Positions 10,524 to 21,845 of a stretch of DNA of 64,000 nucleotides are shown in pieces; positions within the stretch are counted from its first letter, which is position 1, and each line of letters opens with the position of its first letter. The notes beneath the pieces are model-generated. The model worked only from the letters and a program-made list of their open reading frames with translations, had not been told where the DNA came from and ran no database searches. Where the stretch lies: positions 140 to 64,139 of the forward strand of contig CAZHEA010000008.1 in NCBI GenBank assembly GCA_964531165.1, given 5' to 3'. The translations under genes were made by a program, and so were the position numbers. This stretch comes from an uncultured Thiotrichaceae bacterium. Lineage in GTDB: Bacteria; Pseudomonadota; Gammaproteobacteria; SZUA-229.

Positions 10524-10964
10524 ATGAACATAGGTGAAGTAAAGAAGCTGTTAGCACATCGTTATCCTTTTTTGCTGGTTGATAAAGTGCTTGACTATGA
10601 AGTTGGCAAAACGCTAACTGCTGTTAAAAACGTAACAATTAATGAGCCGTTTTTTCAGGGGCACTTTCCTGATTATCCAGTTATGCCCGGCGTGCTTATT
10701 ATGGAAGCGCTTGCACAGGCGACTGGATTACTGGGCTTCAAAACAATGGATGAAAGCCCTGAAGAAGATACACTGTATCTTTTTGTTGGAATTGACGGCG
10801 CACGATTTAAACGTCAGGTTGTACCGGGTGATGTTCTGACCTTACAGGTTGAGCTGGTTAAAAAAGTACGCACAATCTGGAAATTTGACTGTAAGGCGCT
10901 GGTTGATGGCGAGCTGGCGGCAAGTGCAACGATAATGTGTGCGGCGACGCAAAAGCCTGAATGA
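10524..10964 (+). CDS. fabZ: 3-hydroxyacyl-ACP dehydratase FabZ
   Basis: [24 protein letters not shown] and PVMPGVL motifs. ATG 10524 is preferred; the track uses TTG 10515. Confidence 0.95.
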   Translation: MNIGEVKKLLAHRYPFLLVDKVLDYEVGKTLTAVKNVTINEPFFQGHFPDYPVMPGVLIMEALAQATGLLGFKTMDESPEEDTLYLFVGIDGARFKRQVVPGDVLTLQVELVKKVRTIWKFDCKALVDGELAASATIMCAATQKPE

Positions 10965-10995
10965 TGTTTTATGTTTCAGCAAATTATGAATTAAT

Positions 10996-11778
10996 TTGAG
11001 CGATGCAATGATTCACCAAACTGCAATAATCGATGAAAATGCCAGAATAGCAGATGACGTTAGTATTGGTCCTTATAGTGTTATTGGTGCAGACGTTGAA
11101 ATAGATTCCGGCAGCTGGATTGGCCCTCATGTGGTTATATCCGGGCCAACTAAAATCGGTAAAAATAACAAAATTTTTCAGTTTGCTTCTATCGGTGAAG
11201 ATCCCCAGGACTTAAAGTTTGATGGCGAAACTACTCACCTCGAAATTGGCGATAATAATACCATCAGAGAAAATGTAACCATTTCACGTGGTACAGAAGA
11301 TGGCGGTGCGATTACCCGCATTGGACATCATAATTTACTTATGGCTTATGTGCATATTGCACATGACTGCAATATTGGTAATCATATTATTCTGGCAAAC
11401 TCGGCATCCTGCGCCGGTCATGTTGAAGTCGGTGATCACGCTATTCTGGGTGGCTTTACGCTGGTGCATCAGTTTACTAAAATTGGGTGCCGTGCGTTTA
11501 CCAGTATGGGGTCAATCATTAATCAAGATGTTCCTCCTTATGTAATCGTTGCCAGTAGTTACGGTAAAGCCTGTGGTATTAATAAAGTTGGTTTAAAGCG
11601 CAGTGGCTATAGTGATGAAGTGATTCGTGCCATCGTTAATGCGTATAAATTGTTAATTCGTTCTAAAAAACCCCGTGAAGAAGCAATGCTATCAGCGGCA
11701 GAATTAATTGATAATTATGCGGAAGTTAAGCTAATGGCTGATTTTATTCGGCAGTCTGAGCGTGGAATTATTCGTTAA
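10996..11778 (+). CDS. lpxA: UDP-N-acetylglucosamine O-acyltransferase
   Basis: Left-handed hexapeptide repeats over the N-terminal two thirds, and position after fabZ. The real start may be ATG 11008 (MIHQTAIID). Confidence 0.93.
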   Translation: MSDAMIHQTAIIDENARIADDVSIGPYSVIGADVEIDSGSWIGPHVVISGPTKIGKNNKIFQFASIGEDPQDLKFDGETTHLEIGDNNTIRENVTISRGTEDGGAITRIGHHNLLMAYVHIAHDCNIGNHIILANSASCAGHVEVGDHAILGGFTLVHQFTKIGCRAFTSMGSIINQDVPPYVIVASSYGKACGINKVGLKRSGYSDEVIRAIVNAYKLLIRSKKPREEAMLSAAELIDNYAEVKLMADFIRQSERGIIR

Positions 11779-11944
11779 GTCGTTTTAAAAGTTAACTGTA
11801 TTTTTGACCGCTAATGAATGCAAAAACATACAACTATCTATGTTTGTAACAGTTGCAGGTGTTTGGCTTTAATGTATCTCTATTAATTGATTCTATCTTT
11901 AAATACATGCGCATTCTTTTTCGCATATTAATGGTAAGATATTT

Positions 11945-13078
11945 TTAATCCAGCATTTCCAGAATCAATTCTGCCATGTTTTCGGTGCCACCGGTTTTTC
12001 CTAATTTGTTGCGAACAGCATGTAATTCATCAATCATATTTTGTCTATAGTTTTTATTGTCCAGAATTAAATTAATTTCGCTGGCAATGCTTTGCGGCTT
12101 CGCATCAAACTGTAAAAACTCTTTTACGATTTCTTTTTCAGCAACAATATTCACTAAACCAATGTGTTTTATTTTTACCAGTGGTTTTAATATAAGGTAG
12201 GAAATTAGAGAGATTTTATAAATGATGCAGCCGGGTATGCCCATCAACGCGATTTCTAATGTGGCGGTACCGGATGCGGCGATGATGGTGTCGCAACATT
12301 GCATTACATTATAGGGCAGGTCTTTAACCAGCTTGATATTGAGGTGTTTATATTTCTGAAGATAGTGATCGAAGTCCTTTTCACCTAAAGTACTGGCAAT
12401 GGGTAAAACAAACTGTAGGTCTGGTTTGTCTTTAATCAGTCGTTCGGCGGTGGCGAGCTGTATCGGTAGTAAACGTTTAATTTCGCTGCGCCGGCTACCG
12501 GGGAATAAACCAATTACAGTTTTGTTCGTTGTTAGTCCGTATTCTTCAAAGCAGCTGGACCTGTCTTTGAGTGCTTTGGCTTTATCTACTAGTGGATTAC
12601 CAACAAAGCGTACCGGTACATTGGCGTCTTTATAAATTTTTTCTTCAAAAGGTAGAATTACCGCCATCATGTCGATAACTTTACCCATTTCATAAACCCG
12701 TTTTGGCCGCCATGCCCAAATTTTCGGGCTGATATAAAACAACACTTTTATACCCAGCTCTTTTGCTGTTGTTGCAAGCTTAAAATTAAATGCCTGATAA
12801 TCCACCAGTACCAGTAAATCGGGTGGGTTGTCGTGTAAAGATTCGCGTAATATATTAAGGGCTTGTTTAATCTGGCTATATTTAAACAGTACTTCCACTA
12901 TACCCATAACTGCAATGTCGGTGCAATCAACCAGAAGTTCTGCGCCTGCATTGCGTAATTGATCGCCCCCCATGCCATAGAATTCAAGTTCTTTATGGTG
13001 GTTGTGAAGGGCTTTGATTATATTTGCTGCATGCATGTCACCAGAGGCTTCACCAACACTGAACATTATTCGCATCAT
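11945..13078 (-). CDS. lpxB: Lipid-A-disaccharide synthase
   Basis: The N-terminal GEASGDMHAAN motif and overall GT19-like sequence. It lies between lpxA and rnhB but on the opposite strand. Confidence 0.9.
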   Translation of the reverse strand: MMRIMFSVGEASGDMHAANIIKALHNHHKELEFYGMGGDQLRNAGAELLVDCTDIAVMGIVEVLFKYSQIKQALNILRESLHDNPPDLLVLVDYQAFNFKLATTAKELGIKVLFYISPKIWAWRPKRVYEMGKVIDMMAVILPFEEKIYKDANVPVRFVGNPLVDKAKALKDRSSCFEEYGLTTNKTVIGLFPGSRRSEIKRLLPIQLATAERLIKDKPDLQFVLPIASTLGEKDFDHYLQKYKHLNIKLVKDLPYNVMQCCDTIIAASGTATLEIALMGIPGCIIYKISLISYLILKPLVKIKHIGLVNIVAEKEIVKEFLQFDAKPQSIASEINLILDNKNYRQNMIDELHAVRNKLGKTGGTENMAELILEMLD

Positions 13079-13166
13079 GGTTTATCTTTATCAATCATAT
13101 CTTGATTAGGGTATATAAATGAGTACTATTCATTCTTCAAATTAGCTTAGGATTCTACCGTAAAAA

Positions 13167-13766
13167 ATGATTGACGACATTGATATTGATTTAAAAAATT
13201 ACCATGCAGTTGCCGGTGTCGATGAAGCCGGTAGAGGGCCTTTGGTTGGTGCGGTGGTGGCTGCTGCTGTTATTCTTGATGAGTTGCATCCGATTGCCGG
13301 GCTTAATGATTCGAAAAAACTTACTGCCAAAAAACGTGAGCAGCTGGCACAGGAAATTAAAACCCATGCAAAAGCCTGGGCAGTTTCTTCGGTAGGGCCG
13401 GCGGTAGTTGATGAGATTAATATATTGCAGGCCAGTCTTCTGGCGATGAAACAGGCTATAGAGAGCTTATCTATTACCGCGGATTTTGCCCTGATTGATG
13501 GGAATAAGCTACCGGATCTATCATGTGAAGCCGCTGCAATTGTAAAAGGCGATGCCCGGGTTTCGGCAATTGCCGCCGCATCTATTCTGGCTAAAGTTGA
13601 GCGTGACCAGCAGATGGAGGAGTTGCATAAAGAGTATCCCCAATATGAATTTAACCGGCATAAGGGCTACCCCACTAAATTGCACTTTGCATTATTGGAG
13701 GAGTTCGGGCCCTGCAAACAGCATCGTAGAAGTTTCGGGCCGGTGAGAAGGCTGTTAGAGCGTTAA
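13167..13766 (+). CDS. rnhB: Ribonuclease HII
   Basis: [13 protein letters not shown] catalytic motif and DSKKL. Confidence 0.95.
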   Translation: MIDDIDIDLKNYHAVAGVDEAGRGPLVGAVVAAAVILDELHPIAGLNDSKKLTAKKREQLAQEIKTHAKAWAVSSVGPAVVDEINILQASLLAMKQAIESLSITADFALIDGNKLPDLSCEAAAIVKGDARVSAIAAASILAKVERDQQMEELHKEYPQYEFNRHKGYPTKLHFALLEEFGPCKQHRRSFGPVRRLLER

Positions 13767-13934
13767 GTGGTAGCGCTGCCGAAGTTGGCGATTATGTCAG
13801 CAATGAAAATTATCTTAAAGACATGACGATTTATACTATTGTATTTATTGAAAGGATTTTTTAGGTATGGCTTAAACTGATTCCACGCATTTAACTTTTA
13901 ATAATAGCAACACTAAATACAGTCTGGAAAACAT

Positions 13935-15545
13935 ATGCAGTCAGATATTATTGCTCTTGGAGTCGCTTATCTACTTGGGCTGGGCGCACGCACTATCGGT
14001 TTACCGCCACTGGTTGGATATCTGGTGGCGGGTTTTGTTCTGTTTGCCTCCGGTGGCGTACTCACCCCCGCACTTAAAGATTTTTCAGAAATGGGGGTGA
14101 CGCTACTGTTGTTCAGCATTGGCTTGAAACTACAGGTAAGAAGTTTGTTGATGCCGCAAATCTGGGCGGTCTCATCGCTGCATATGCTGGTAACCATTAT
14201 CGTGGCGGCGCTGTTTATTTATTTACTGGCATTTGCCGGTGTGTCGCAGTTGGTTGGGCTGGATATGATGTCCGTCGCCCTGATTGCATTTGCTCTGAGC
14301 TTTTCCAGTACCGTATTTGCGGTAAAGGTGCTGGATGAAAAGGGTGAGATGAACTCTCTGTATGGTCGTCTGGCGATTGGTATCTTGATTATGCAGGATA
14401 TTGCCGCGGTGGTTTTTCTGGCTATTTCCACTGGCAAGGTACCAACAATTTGGGCATTGGGTCTGTTATTGTTAATTCCACTGCGGCCCCTGCTGTTTAA
14501 AATACTAGAAAAATCCGGGCATGGTGAGCTACAGATATTATTCGGCTTAAGCGTGGCGCTGGGTGGTGCTCAGATGTTTGAGCTGGTCAGTGTTAAAGGT
14601 GATCTGGGGGCGTTAATTTTAGGCATTATATTCGCCAGTCATGTACGTGCTCCGGAGCTGGCTCGCCAACTACTGGGCTTTAAGGATTTGTTTCTGGTGG
14701 GGTTCTTCCTGTCGATTGGCCTGTCCGGACCGCTTAGTTGGAATGCGATCACAATGGGTGTGCTGCTAATGCTACTGGTGCCATTTAAAACACTGTTTTT
14801 CTTCTGGTTGATGAGCAAGTTTAATTTGCGTGCGCGAACCTCGTTTTTAGGCTCATTAAGCCTGGCCAACTACAGTGAATTTGGCTTGATAGTGATTGCA
14901 GTGAGTGTCAGTAATGCCTGGTTGGGTAGTGAGTGGCTTATTATTATTGCTATCGCATTATCTCTGTCATTTATATTTGCAGCGCCCTTAAATAGCGCAT
15001 CCTATTTGCTGTATGTAAAAATGCATAATTTCTTACTGCAGTTTGAGTCAGCCAGCCCGATTACTGCAGAAGCTGAAATAAATTCAGGTGATGCCAATAT
15101 TATTGTTTTTGGGATGGGCCGGGTCGGTAGCGGGGCATATCATGTGTTTCGCCAGCGTGTTGGCGATAAGGTGCTGGGTGTCGATCACGATGCCGCGAAA
15201 GTAAAAAAAATGAATACCGGCGAGATGAATGTTATTCGCGGAAGTGCTATTGATCCTGACTTCTGGAGTCGTATAAATATGAATCAGGCGAATGTAAAAA
15301 TGATAGTACTGGCCATGCCCAATGCACAGGAAAACCTGTTTGCTGCACGGCTACTAAAAGAAACAGGCTACACCGGTAAGGTGGCAGCAGTGGCGAGGTA
15401 TGCGGATGAGATTGAAGCCCTGAAACAGGCGGGTGTGCATGCGGCTTTTAATTTATATGCGGAAGCCGGGGCGGGTTTTGCCGAGCATGTCTGTAGTGAG
15501 TTGATGGCGGAGCATGGTGACAGGAAACTGAAAAGTGGCGAGTGA
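13935..15545 (+). CDS. CPA2-family cation:proton antiporter with C-terminal RCK/TrkA-N domain
   Basis: About 10 or more hydrophobic segments, followed by the IIVFGMGRVGSG Rossmann motif typical of the KefB/YbaL architecture. Confidence 0.85.
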   Translation: MQSDIIALGVAYLLGLGARTIGLPPLVGYLVAGFVLFASGGVLTPALKDFSEMGVTLLLFSIGLKLQVRSLLMPQIWAVSSLHMLVTIIVAALFIYLLAFAGVSQLVGLDMMSVALIAFALSFSSTVFAVKVLDEKGEMNSLYGRLAIGILIMQDIAAVVFLAISTGKVPTIWALGLLLLIPLRPLLFKILEKSGHGELQILFGLSVALGGAQMFELVSVKGDLGALILGIIFASHVRAPELARQLLGFKDLFLVGFFLSIGLSGPLSWNAITMGVLLMLLVPFKTLFFFWLMSKFNLRARTSFLGSLSLANYSEFGLIVIAVSVSNAWLGSEWLIIIAIALSLSFIFAAPLNSASYLLYVKMHNFLLQFESASPITAEAEINSGDANIIVFGMGRVGSGAYHVFRQRVGDKVLGVDHDAAKVKKMNTGEMNVIRGSAIDPDFWSRINMNQANVKMIVLAMPNAQENLFAARLLKETGYTGKVAAVARYADEIEALKQAGVHAAFNLYAEAGAGFAEHVCSELMAEHGDRKLKSGE

Positions 15546-15929
15546 TTAAAGGGCTTAAACCGTACAGCTTTTTCAGAAGATGGGTTTTCTATATGTTTAT
15601 TTCAATATAATTCAACTAGATAGCGAGTTTAGTTAATGTGCTTGATGTTTGATAATAAAGTCCTGATTTCATAAAGGCATGCTTTCAAGGCAGATTTTTC
15701 CAAAAGTGGTAAAGCCACCCGCATAATTCAGGGTTTTTAGTATCAAAGTGGGAAAACCCCATAAATATATCCGCTTAAAAATAAATAATAGTGGTAAATG
15801 CAGATTAACGATTGAGAGTCATCTCATTCTGTCTCATAATGCTTTTTGAAAAGTGCAAATAAAAATAAACGTTACAATTCTTTTAAAACAATAAGTTACA
15901 CAACTATTTTAAAGTAGATTAAATACTAA

Positions 15930-18900
15930 ATGAATCCCCGTTTTATACACTTGCGTTTGCACACTGAATATTCACTGGTTGATGGTGTCGTGCGCATTAA
16001 GCCATTGATGAAAACCCTCATCGAGCGTAATACCCCGGCCATTGCATTAACCGATCAATCCAACCTGTTCGCGATGGTGAAGTTTTATCGTGCTGCCATG
16101 TCTGCGGGCATCAAACCTGTTATTGGCGTCGACATCTGGTTGCGCTCGGCGGTGGAAACTGAAAAACCATCACGGATGGTTTTACTGTGTCAGAACAACG
16201 AAGGTTACCTGAATGTTACCCGCTTAATTTCCCGTGCTTATCTTGAAGGTCAGCACGGTGGAATCCCGATGATAGAAGTTGACTGGCTGCGTGAAATGAA
16301 CGCCGGCATTATTGTGCTTTCCGGCGGGCGCGAAGGCGATGTGGGTAAAGCGCTACTATCTGGCAATCACATGTTGGCGCAGGAGCTGTTAAAGGCCTGG
16401 CAGAATATTTTTCCGAATCGCTTTTACCTCGAATTACAACGCACCGGCCGTGAAGATGAAGAAGAGTATTTGCACGCGGCGGTGAGTCTGGCGATGACCA
16501 CCAATACACCGGTGGTCGCAACTAATGATGTGCGCTTCTTAAAGCAGGACGAATTTGATAGCCATGAAGTGCGGGTCTGTATTCATGATGGCCGTACCCT
16601 CGATGATCCGCGTCGGCAGAAATTATATAGTGATCAGCAATATCTGCGCAGCGAAGAAGAAATGTGCGAGCTGTTTGCGGATATTCCAGAAGCCCTGCAA
16701 AACACGGTGGAGATTGCTCAGCGCTGTAGCCTGAATGTACGACTCGGTGAAAGCTTTTTACCGAACTTTCCGGTACCGGAAGGTGACACCATAGAGTCCT
16801 ATTTTATTCGGTTATCTAAAGAAGGCCTGGAAAAACGATTAGAAGTACTCGTGCCACTGGATTCTGAAAATGCCGAGGAGCGTCGTCAGCCTTATCACGA
16901 GCGCTTAGATATCGAGTTGGAAGTGATTAACACCATGGGCTTCCCGGGTTACTTCTTAATCGTGGCGGACTTTATCCAGTGGTCTAAAGATAACGAAATT
17001 CCGGTGGGGCCGGGACGGGGCTCGGGTGCGGGCTCGCTAGTGGCCTATTCGCTACTAATTACCGATCTCGATCCACTGGAATATGATTTACTGTTTGAAC
17101 GTTTTCTGAATCCCGAGCGGGTATCATTGCCGGATTTCGATGTCGACTTCTGTATGGAAGGTCGCGACCGGGTTATCGGCTATGTAGCTGATACCTACGG
17201 GCGTGATGCGGTATCGCAGATTATCACCTATGGATCGATGGCAGCGAAAGCGGTTATCCGTGATGTTGGACGGGTGTCAGGTTTGGGTTATGGCTTTGTT
17301 GATCGTATCGCCAAGATGATTCCGTTTGAAATTGGTATGACGTTGACTAAGGCGTTGGATGAGTCTGAAGATTTAGCCAATGCCTATCGCGATGAAGATG
17401 ATGTCACCGATTTAATCAACATGTGTCTGTCACTCGAAGGCTGTGCCCGTAATGCCGGTAAGCATGCCGGGGGTGTGGTGATTTCTCCCTCGGTTCTTAC
17501 TGACTTTACGCCACTGTACTGTGAGCAGGGTGGCCACAGTATTGTTACGCAGTTTGATAAGGACGATGTGGAAGCGATTGGCCTGGTAAAGTTTGACTTT
17601 TTAGGCCTGCGTACGCTGACAATTATTGATTGGGCAGTGCGCAATATTAAAGCTCGTCATGCGGATCAGCATGAGCTGGATATGAATCTGGTGGCGCTGG
17701 ATGATGAGGCTACATTTACACTGTTGCGGGCAGCAGAAACCACCGCCGTATTCCAGCTTGAATCCAGTGGCATGAAAGATTTGATTAAGCGTCTGCAGCC
17801 GGATAGTTTTGAAGACATCGTCGCACTGGTGGCGCTGTTTCGCCCGGGCCCGTTACAGTCGGGCATGGTGGATAACTTTATCAATCGTAAGCATGGACGG
17901 GAAGAAGTGTCTTACCCGGATGCGCAATATCAGCATGAATCTCTCAAAACAATTTTAGAACCCACCTACGGCATTATTCTGTATCAGGAACAGGTTATGC
18001 AGATCGCTCAGGTGCTGTCCGGTTACACCCTTGGTGGTGCGGATATGCTGCGTCGTGCGATGGGTAAAAAGAAGCCTGAAGTGATGGCGCAACAGCGTGC
18101 TATTTTTGAGGACGGGGCTAAAGAAAATGGCATCGACGGCAAGCTGGCGATGAAAATTTTCGATCTGGTGGAAAAATTTGCGGGTTATGGTTTCAATAAA
18201 TCCCACTCTGCCGCTTATGCTTTATTGTCGTATCAAACCGCCTGGTTAAAATCACATTATCCGGCGGAATTTATGGCGGCAGTTTTATCCGCGGATATGG
18301 ATAACACCGACAAGGTGGTGATATTAATAGAAGATTGCCATCGGATGAAACTCGATGTACTTACACCGAATATTAATCGCTCGGTGATTAAGTTTTCAGT
18401 ACCGGATGACAAGCAGGTACTGTATGGGCTGGGTGCAATTAAAGGCGTCGGCGAAGCGGCGCTGGAAGGTATTATTGAAGAGCGTAATAATAATGGTGCA
18501 TATAAAGACCTGTTTGACTTATGCCGGCGAGTTGATGGTCGTAAAGTTAACAAGCGGGTTTTAGAGGCCTTAATCAAAGCCGGTGCGTTAGAAGAGCTGG
18601 GACCAAACCGGGCCAGCTTAATGGCGCGCTTAAGTGATGCGATGCAGGGTGCGGAACAGTATCAGAAAAATGCCAGTGTCGGTCAGGATGATTTATTTGG
18701 TAGTGCGGCAGAGGATGACAATATTGCGCCGATCAATGAAGTTACAGTTGAAGAGTGGGAAGAAGAAAAACGCTTAACTTTTGAGAAAGATACGCTGGGC
18801 TTATATCTCACCGGTCACCCGATTGAACGTTATGAGAAAGAGTTAAAAAAATTCACTGATTGCACACTGGGTGCACTCGCTGACCAGAGTGATCTGGCCT

Positions 18901-19445
18901 CCGGTGCCGGCGGTGGATATATGTCTCAACGCAATGCAAAAAGTTATAAGCTAGCGGGGTTGATGATTGGCATGCGGGTGCGACGCACTAAAACCGGAGG
19001 CAAAATTGTATCCGCAGTGCTCGACGATAGAACCGCGCGGGTTGAAGTCCGTATCTTTGAAGAAAAATTTGAGCAATATAATTATTTATTAAACAAAGAT
19101 AAATTAATTGTGGTGGAAGGTAAGGTTATTTACGACGATTACTTTGGCGGGTATCGCATTACCGCTGATGTCATTTATGATATTACCGAAGCTCGTCAGA
19201 AATTTGCGCGGCGCCTGGAAATTAACTTAACTCAGAACAATTGTGATAACAGTATTGTGCAACAGTTAAACCAGGTGTTAAATCCATTTCGTGAAGGTGC
19301 CTGTCCGGTGTGGATAAACTACACTCGTAATGATGTGAAGGCAAAAATATCATTAAGTGATGAATGGTGTGTGCATCCCAGTGATGAATTAATGAACCGT
19401 CTTGATAAGCTGGCGGGCGATAATAATGTGTCAGTTATTTATTAA
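15930..19445 (+). CDS. dnaE: DNA polymerase III alpha subunit
   Basis: 1171 aa. PHP N-terminus ([12 protein letters not shown]), PDFDVDF catalytic aspartates, and an OB-fold tail. Confidence 0.97.
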   Translation: MNPRFIHLRLHTEYSLVDGVVRIKPLMKTLIERNTPAIALTDQSNLFAMVKFYRAAMSAGIKPVIGVDIWLRSAVETEKPSRMVLLCQNNEGYLNVTRLISRAYLEGQHGGIPMIEVDWLREMNAGIIVLSGGREGDVGKALLSGNHMLAQELLKAWQNIFPNRFYLELQRTGREDEEEYLHAAVSLAMTTNTPVVATNDVRFLKQDEFDSHEVRVCIHDGRTLDDPRRQKLYSDQQYLRSEEEMCELFADIPEALQNTVEIAQRCSLNVRLGESFLPNFPVPEGDTIESYFIRLSKEGLEKRLEVLVPLDSENAEERRQPYHERLDIELEVINTMGFPGYFLIVADFIQWSKDNEIPVGPGRGSGAGSLVAYSLLITDLDPLEYDLLFERFLNPERVSLPDFDVDFCMEGRDRVIGYVADTYGRDAVSQIITYGSMAAKAVIRDVGRVSGLGYGFVDRIAKMIPFEIGMTLTKALDESEDLANAYRDEDDVTDLINMCLSLEGCARNAGKHAGGVVISPSVLTDFTPLYCEQGGHSIVTQFDKDDVEAIGLVKFDFLGLRTLTIIDWAVRNIKARHADQHELDMNLVALDDEATFTLLRAAETTAVFQLESSGMKDLIKRLQPDSFEDIVALVALFRPGPLQSGMVDNFINRKHGREEVSYPDAQYQHESLKTILEPTYGIILYQEQVMQIAQVLSGYTLGGADMLRRAMGKKKPEVMAQQRAIFEDGAKENGIDGKLAMKIFDLVEKFAGYGFNKSHSAAYALLSYQTAWLKSHYPAEFMAAVLSADMDNTDKVVILIEDCHRMKLDVLTPNINRSVIKFSVPDDKQVLYGLGAIKGVGEAALEGIIEERNNNGAYKDLFDLCRRVDGRKVNKRVLEALIKAGALEELGPNRASLMARLSDAMQGAEQYQKNASVGQDDLFGSAAEDDNIAPINEVTVEEWEEEKRLTFEKDTLGLYLTGHPIERYEKELKKFTDCTLGALADQSDLASGAGGGYMSQRNAKSYKLAGLMIGMRVRRTKTGGKIVSAVLDDRTARVEVRIFEEKFEQYNYLLNKDKLIVVEGKVIYDDYFGGYRITADVIYDITEARQKFARRLEINLTQNNCDNSIVQQLNQVLNPFREGACPVWINYTRNDVKAKISLSDEWCVHPSDELMNRLDKLAGDNNVSVIY

Positions 19446-19479
19446 GATTGTTTTTAAATAAAAGGATTCGGGCGAACAA

Positions 19480-20493
19480 ATGAAAGCACACTTAACAACA
19501 GAATACCCGACAACAGTGGTGAGTATTGCATCGGTGCTGGGAAAAGTGTTAGATCACTACGGGCTGGATAAATATGCGATTGCGGAGCAGGCCGGTATAG
19601 ATACCCGGATAGCTTATCAGCCTAATGATAGAATCAGCACAACAAGACTGCAGAAAGTCTGGAAAATTGCCCACCAACAATCTGCCGATGATTGTCTGGG
19701 TTTAGTGTATGCACAGTTAGTTCAGCCTGCTTCTTTAAGTGGTTTGGGTCTGGCGTGGATTACCAGTGATTCTCTGAAAGATTCTATTAATCGTCTGGTA
19801 CGATTTCAGAGCGCGATAACCACTTCTATTGATTATGTGTTTAATGAACTGGATGACTGCTACCAGGTTATATTCAGATCAAAAATAAAAAATCCAGAAA
19901 TAGTTTCAATCGATGCCAGTATCGCCACACTTTATAAAATGTGTCAGATTACCTATGGCCCTGATTTAGAGGTAGATGCAGTGAGCATTGCCCACGCGAA
20001 ACCTGATTGTGCACACAAGTTTGATGAGTTTTTTGGTGTTAAGGTCAAATTTGATGCGCAAGAAACCCAGCTTTTTTTCTCTAAGAATGTATTAGAGCTC
20101 AGACTGCCCACGTCTAATCCTGACTTAGCCAGAATGAATGATCAGATTGTTATCGATTATTTAAAATGCTTTGATAAGCATAATATTGTCATGCAGGTGC
20201 GCGCGCGAGTTATTGAAGAGCTGAATAATGGTATACCGCATCAGGATAAGATTGCCGGTCAGCTAAACATGAGTCTACGTAATCTGCAGCGCAAGCTTAA
20301 GGATGAAAACAGCAGCTTTAAAGGTATTCTTGATGAAACTCGCAGCGAACTGTCGAAGCAGTATTTACGCGGCAGTGATCGCTCGATTATTGAAGTGGGC
20401 TTTCTGCTGGGCTTTACCGAGCCAAGTAATTTTGCCCGGGCTTTTCGCCGCTGGACTGGTGTCTCACCAAATGAATATAGAGATTCGGTATAG
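19480..20493 (+). CDS. AraC-family transcriptional regulator
   Basis: C-terminal dual HTH (FTEPSNFARAFRRWTGVSPNEYR) with a roughly 220 aa N-terminal ligand-type domain. Confidence 0.85.
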   Translation: MKAHLTTEYPTTVVSIASVLGKVLDHYGLDKYAIAEQAGIDTRIAYQPNDRISTTRLQKVWKIAHQQSADDCLGLVYAQLVQPASLSGLGLAWITSDSLKDSINRLVRFQSAITTSIDYVFNELDDCYQVIFRSKIKNPEIVSIDASIATLYKMCQITYGPDLEVDAVSIAHAKPDCAHKFDEFFGVKVKFDAQETQLFFSKNVLELRLPTSNPDLARMNDQIVIDYLKCFDKHNIVMQVRARVIEELNNGIPHQDKIAGQLNMSLRNLQRKLKDENSSFKGILDETRSELSKQYLRGSDRSIIEVGFLLGFTEPSNFARAFRRWTGVSPNEYRDSV

Positions 20494-20662
20494 CAACTAA
20501 TGCTTAACTTGTTGAAATAACAGTTTTTTCTGGTTCTATTCAGTAAATTACACACTTTCTGTATAAGTTGGCGCTAATTGATTGCTGATTGGCGCCAACT
20601 GACCATCCCCGATACCGCATATCCCATACATTAGTCTCACCCACTAATTATGGAGAACAGCG

Positions 20663-21637
20663 ATGGAAACAAATTATAAATACCATAGAACGACTGTTCG
20701 TGAGCCCGTGTCTTTTATTGGCATTGGCCTGCATACCGGTCAGTTGACGACAGTCAGCCTGAAACCCAGCGTCGATAAACGTGGCATTTATTTTGTGCGT
20801 ACTGATGTTGGTCACGGGCAGGGCGTTATTAATGCGAGCTGGTATAACGTATCGAGCACCGAACTGTCTACCAATTTGAGTAATGAGTTTAATGTTGGCG
20901 TTGCGACGGTTGAACATCTGATGTCTGCCATTATTGCCTGCGGCATAGATAACGTGCGCATTGAGGTGGATGGACCAGAAATTCCCATTATGGATGGCAG
21001 CTCAGAAGTGTTTGTTGAGCTAATCCGTAATTGCGGCAAAAGTTACCTTAATGAGCCCAAACAGGGCATCTGGATTGAAAAACCAATTGTTGTCAGTGAA
21101 GGGGAAAAATATGCCATGCTGATGCCGCACTCAACGCCGCGTGTGAGCATGTGCATTGATTTTCCAAATACTGCAATTGGTGCACAATGTTATTCGGTGA
21201 CCCTGGATGATGATGATTACTTCGATGAGATTGCCTATGCCCGTACATTCGGATTTGCCAATCAGGTTGAGGCGCTTAAGGAAAAAGGTCTGGCGCAGGG
21301 TGGTTCACTAATCAATGCGGTGGTGGTTGATGGACAGAAAATACTTAACCCGGAAGGTCTGCGGATTGAAAACGAATTTGTACGTCATAAGATTCTGGAT
21401 GCGATTGGAGATATGTCGCTGGCGGGAGCTCCGATTATCGGCCATTACTATGCTTATAAAGCGGGTCATAACCTGAACCAGAAGTTGCTTAAAAAGTTGT
21501 TTAGTGAAACGTCTGCCTGGACCCAGACTTCGCTACAGGAGGGTAAAGACAGGTTTGCTAATCATGATGAGTTGTATGACGGTGATTTCATTCAGAAAAC
21601 ACTAAATGTTGTGCCCATCAGAAAAATGGCAAGCTAA
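20663..21637 (+). CDS. lpxC: UDP-3-O-acyl-N-acetylglucosamine deacetylase
   Basis: GIGLHTG, ATVEHLMSA, ARTFGF, EFVRHKILDAIGD and YKAGHNLN align by eye with the zinc and catalytic residues of E. coli LpxC. Confidence 0.85.
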   Translation: METNYKYHRTTVREPVSFIGIGLHTGQLTTVSLKPSVDKRGIYFVRTDVGHGQGVINASWYNVSSTELSTNLSNEFNVGVATVEHLMSAIIACGIDNVRIEVDGPEIPIMDGSSEVFVELIRNCGKSYLNEPKQGIWIEKPIVVSEGEKYAMLMPHSTPRVSMCIDFPNTAIGAQCYSVTLDDDDYFDEIAYARTFGFANQVEALKEKGLAQGGSLINAVVVDGQKILNPEGLRIENEFVRHKILDAIGDMSLAGAPIIGHYYAYKAGHNLNQKLLKKLFSETSAWTQTSLQEGKDRFANHDELYDGDFIQKTLNVVPIRKMAS

Positions 21638-21845
21638 ACCGAGTGGGTATTGTCCGGTTTGCCATAAAGTTTCAGATATTTGTCTGCAACGGCTTACCGG
21701 ACTTTATTTTTTATGCGGTATATTTTCATCAGGATGACTGGGTTAAATGATTTAAATTAGTAAGACGCCTTTACGGGATAAAAAAATCATTTAGCAACTA
21801 TACTCAGTCTACAAGTAACGCTTTAATATTCGAGCTGAAATAATT

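Noticed and set aside
15616-15762. Minus-strand short frame MGFSHFDTKNPELCGWLYHFWKNLP*KHAFMKSGLYYQTSSTLTKLAI* in the 384-bp gap before dnaE
   Set aside because: It has only 47 codons and one in-frame TGA, I recognise no family, and there is no ribosome-binding site. This is not enough to call a gene or a pseudogene.
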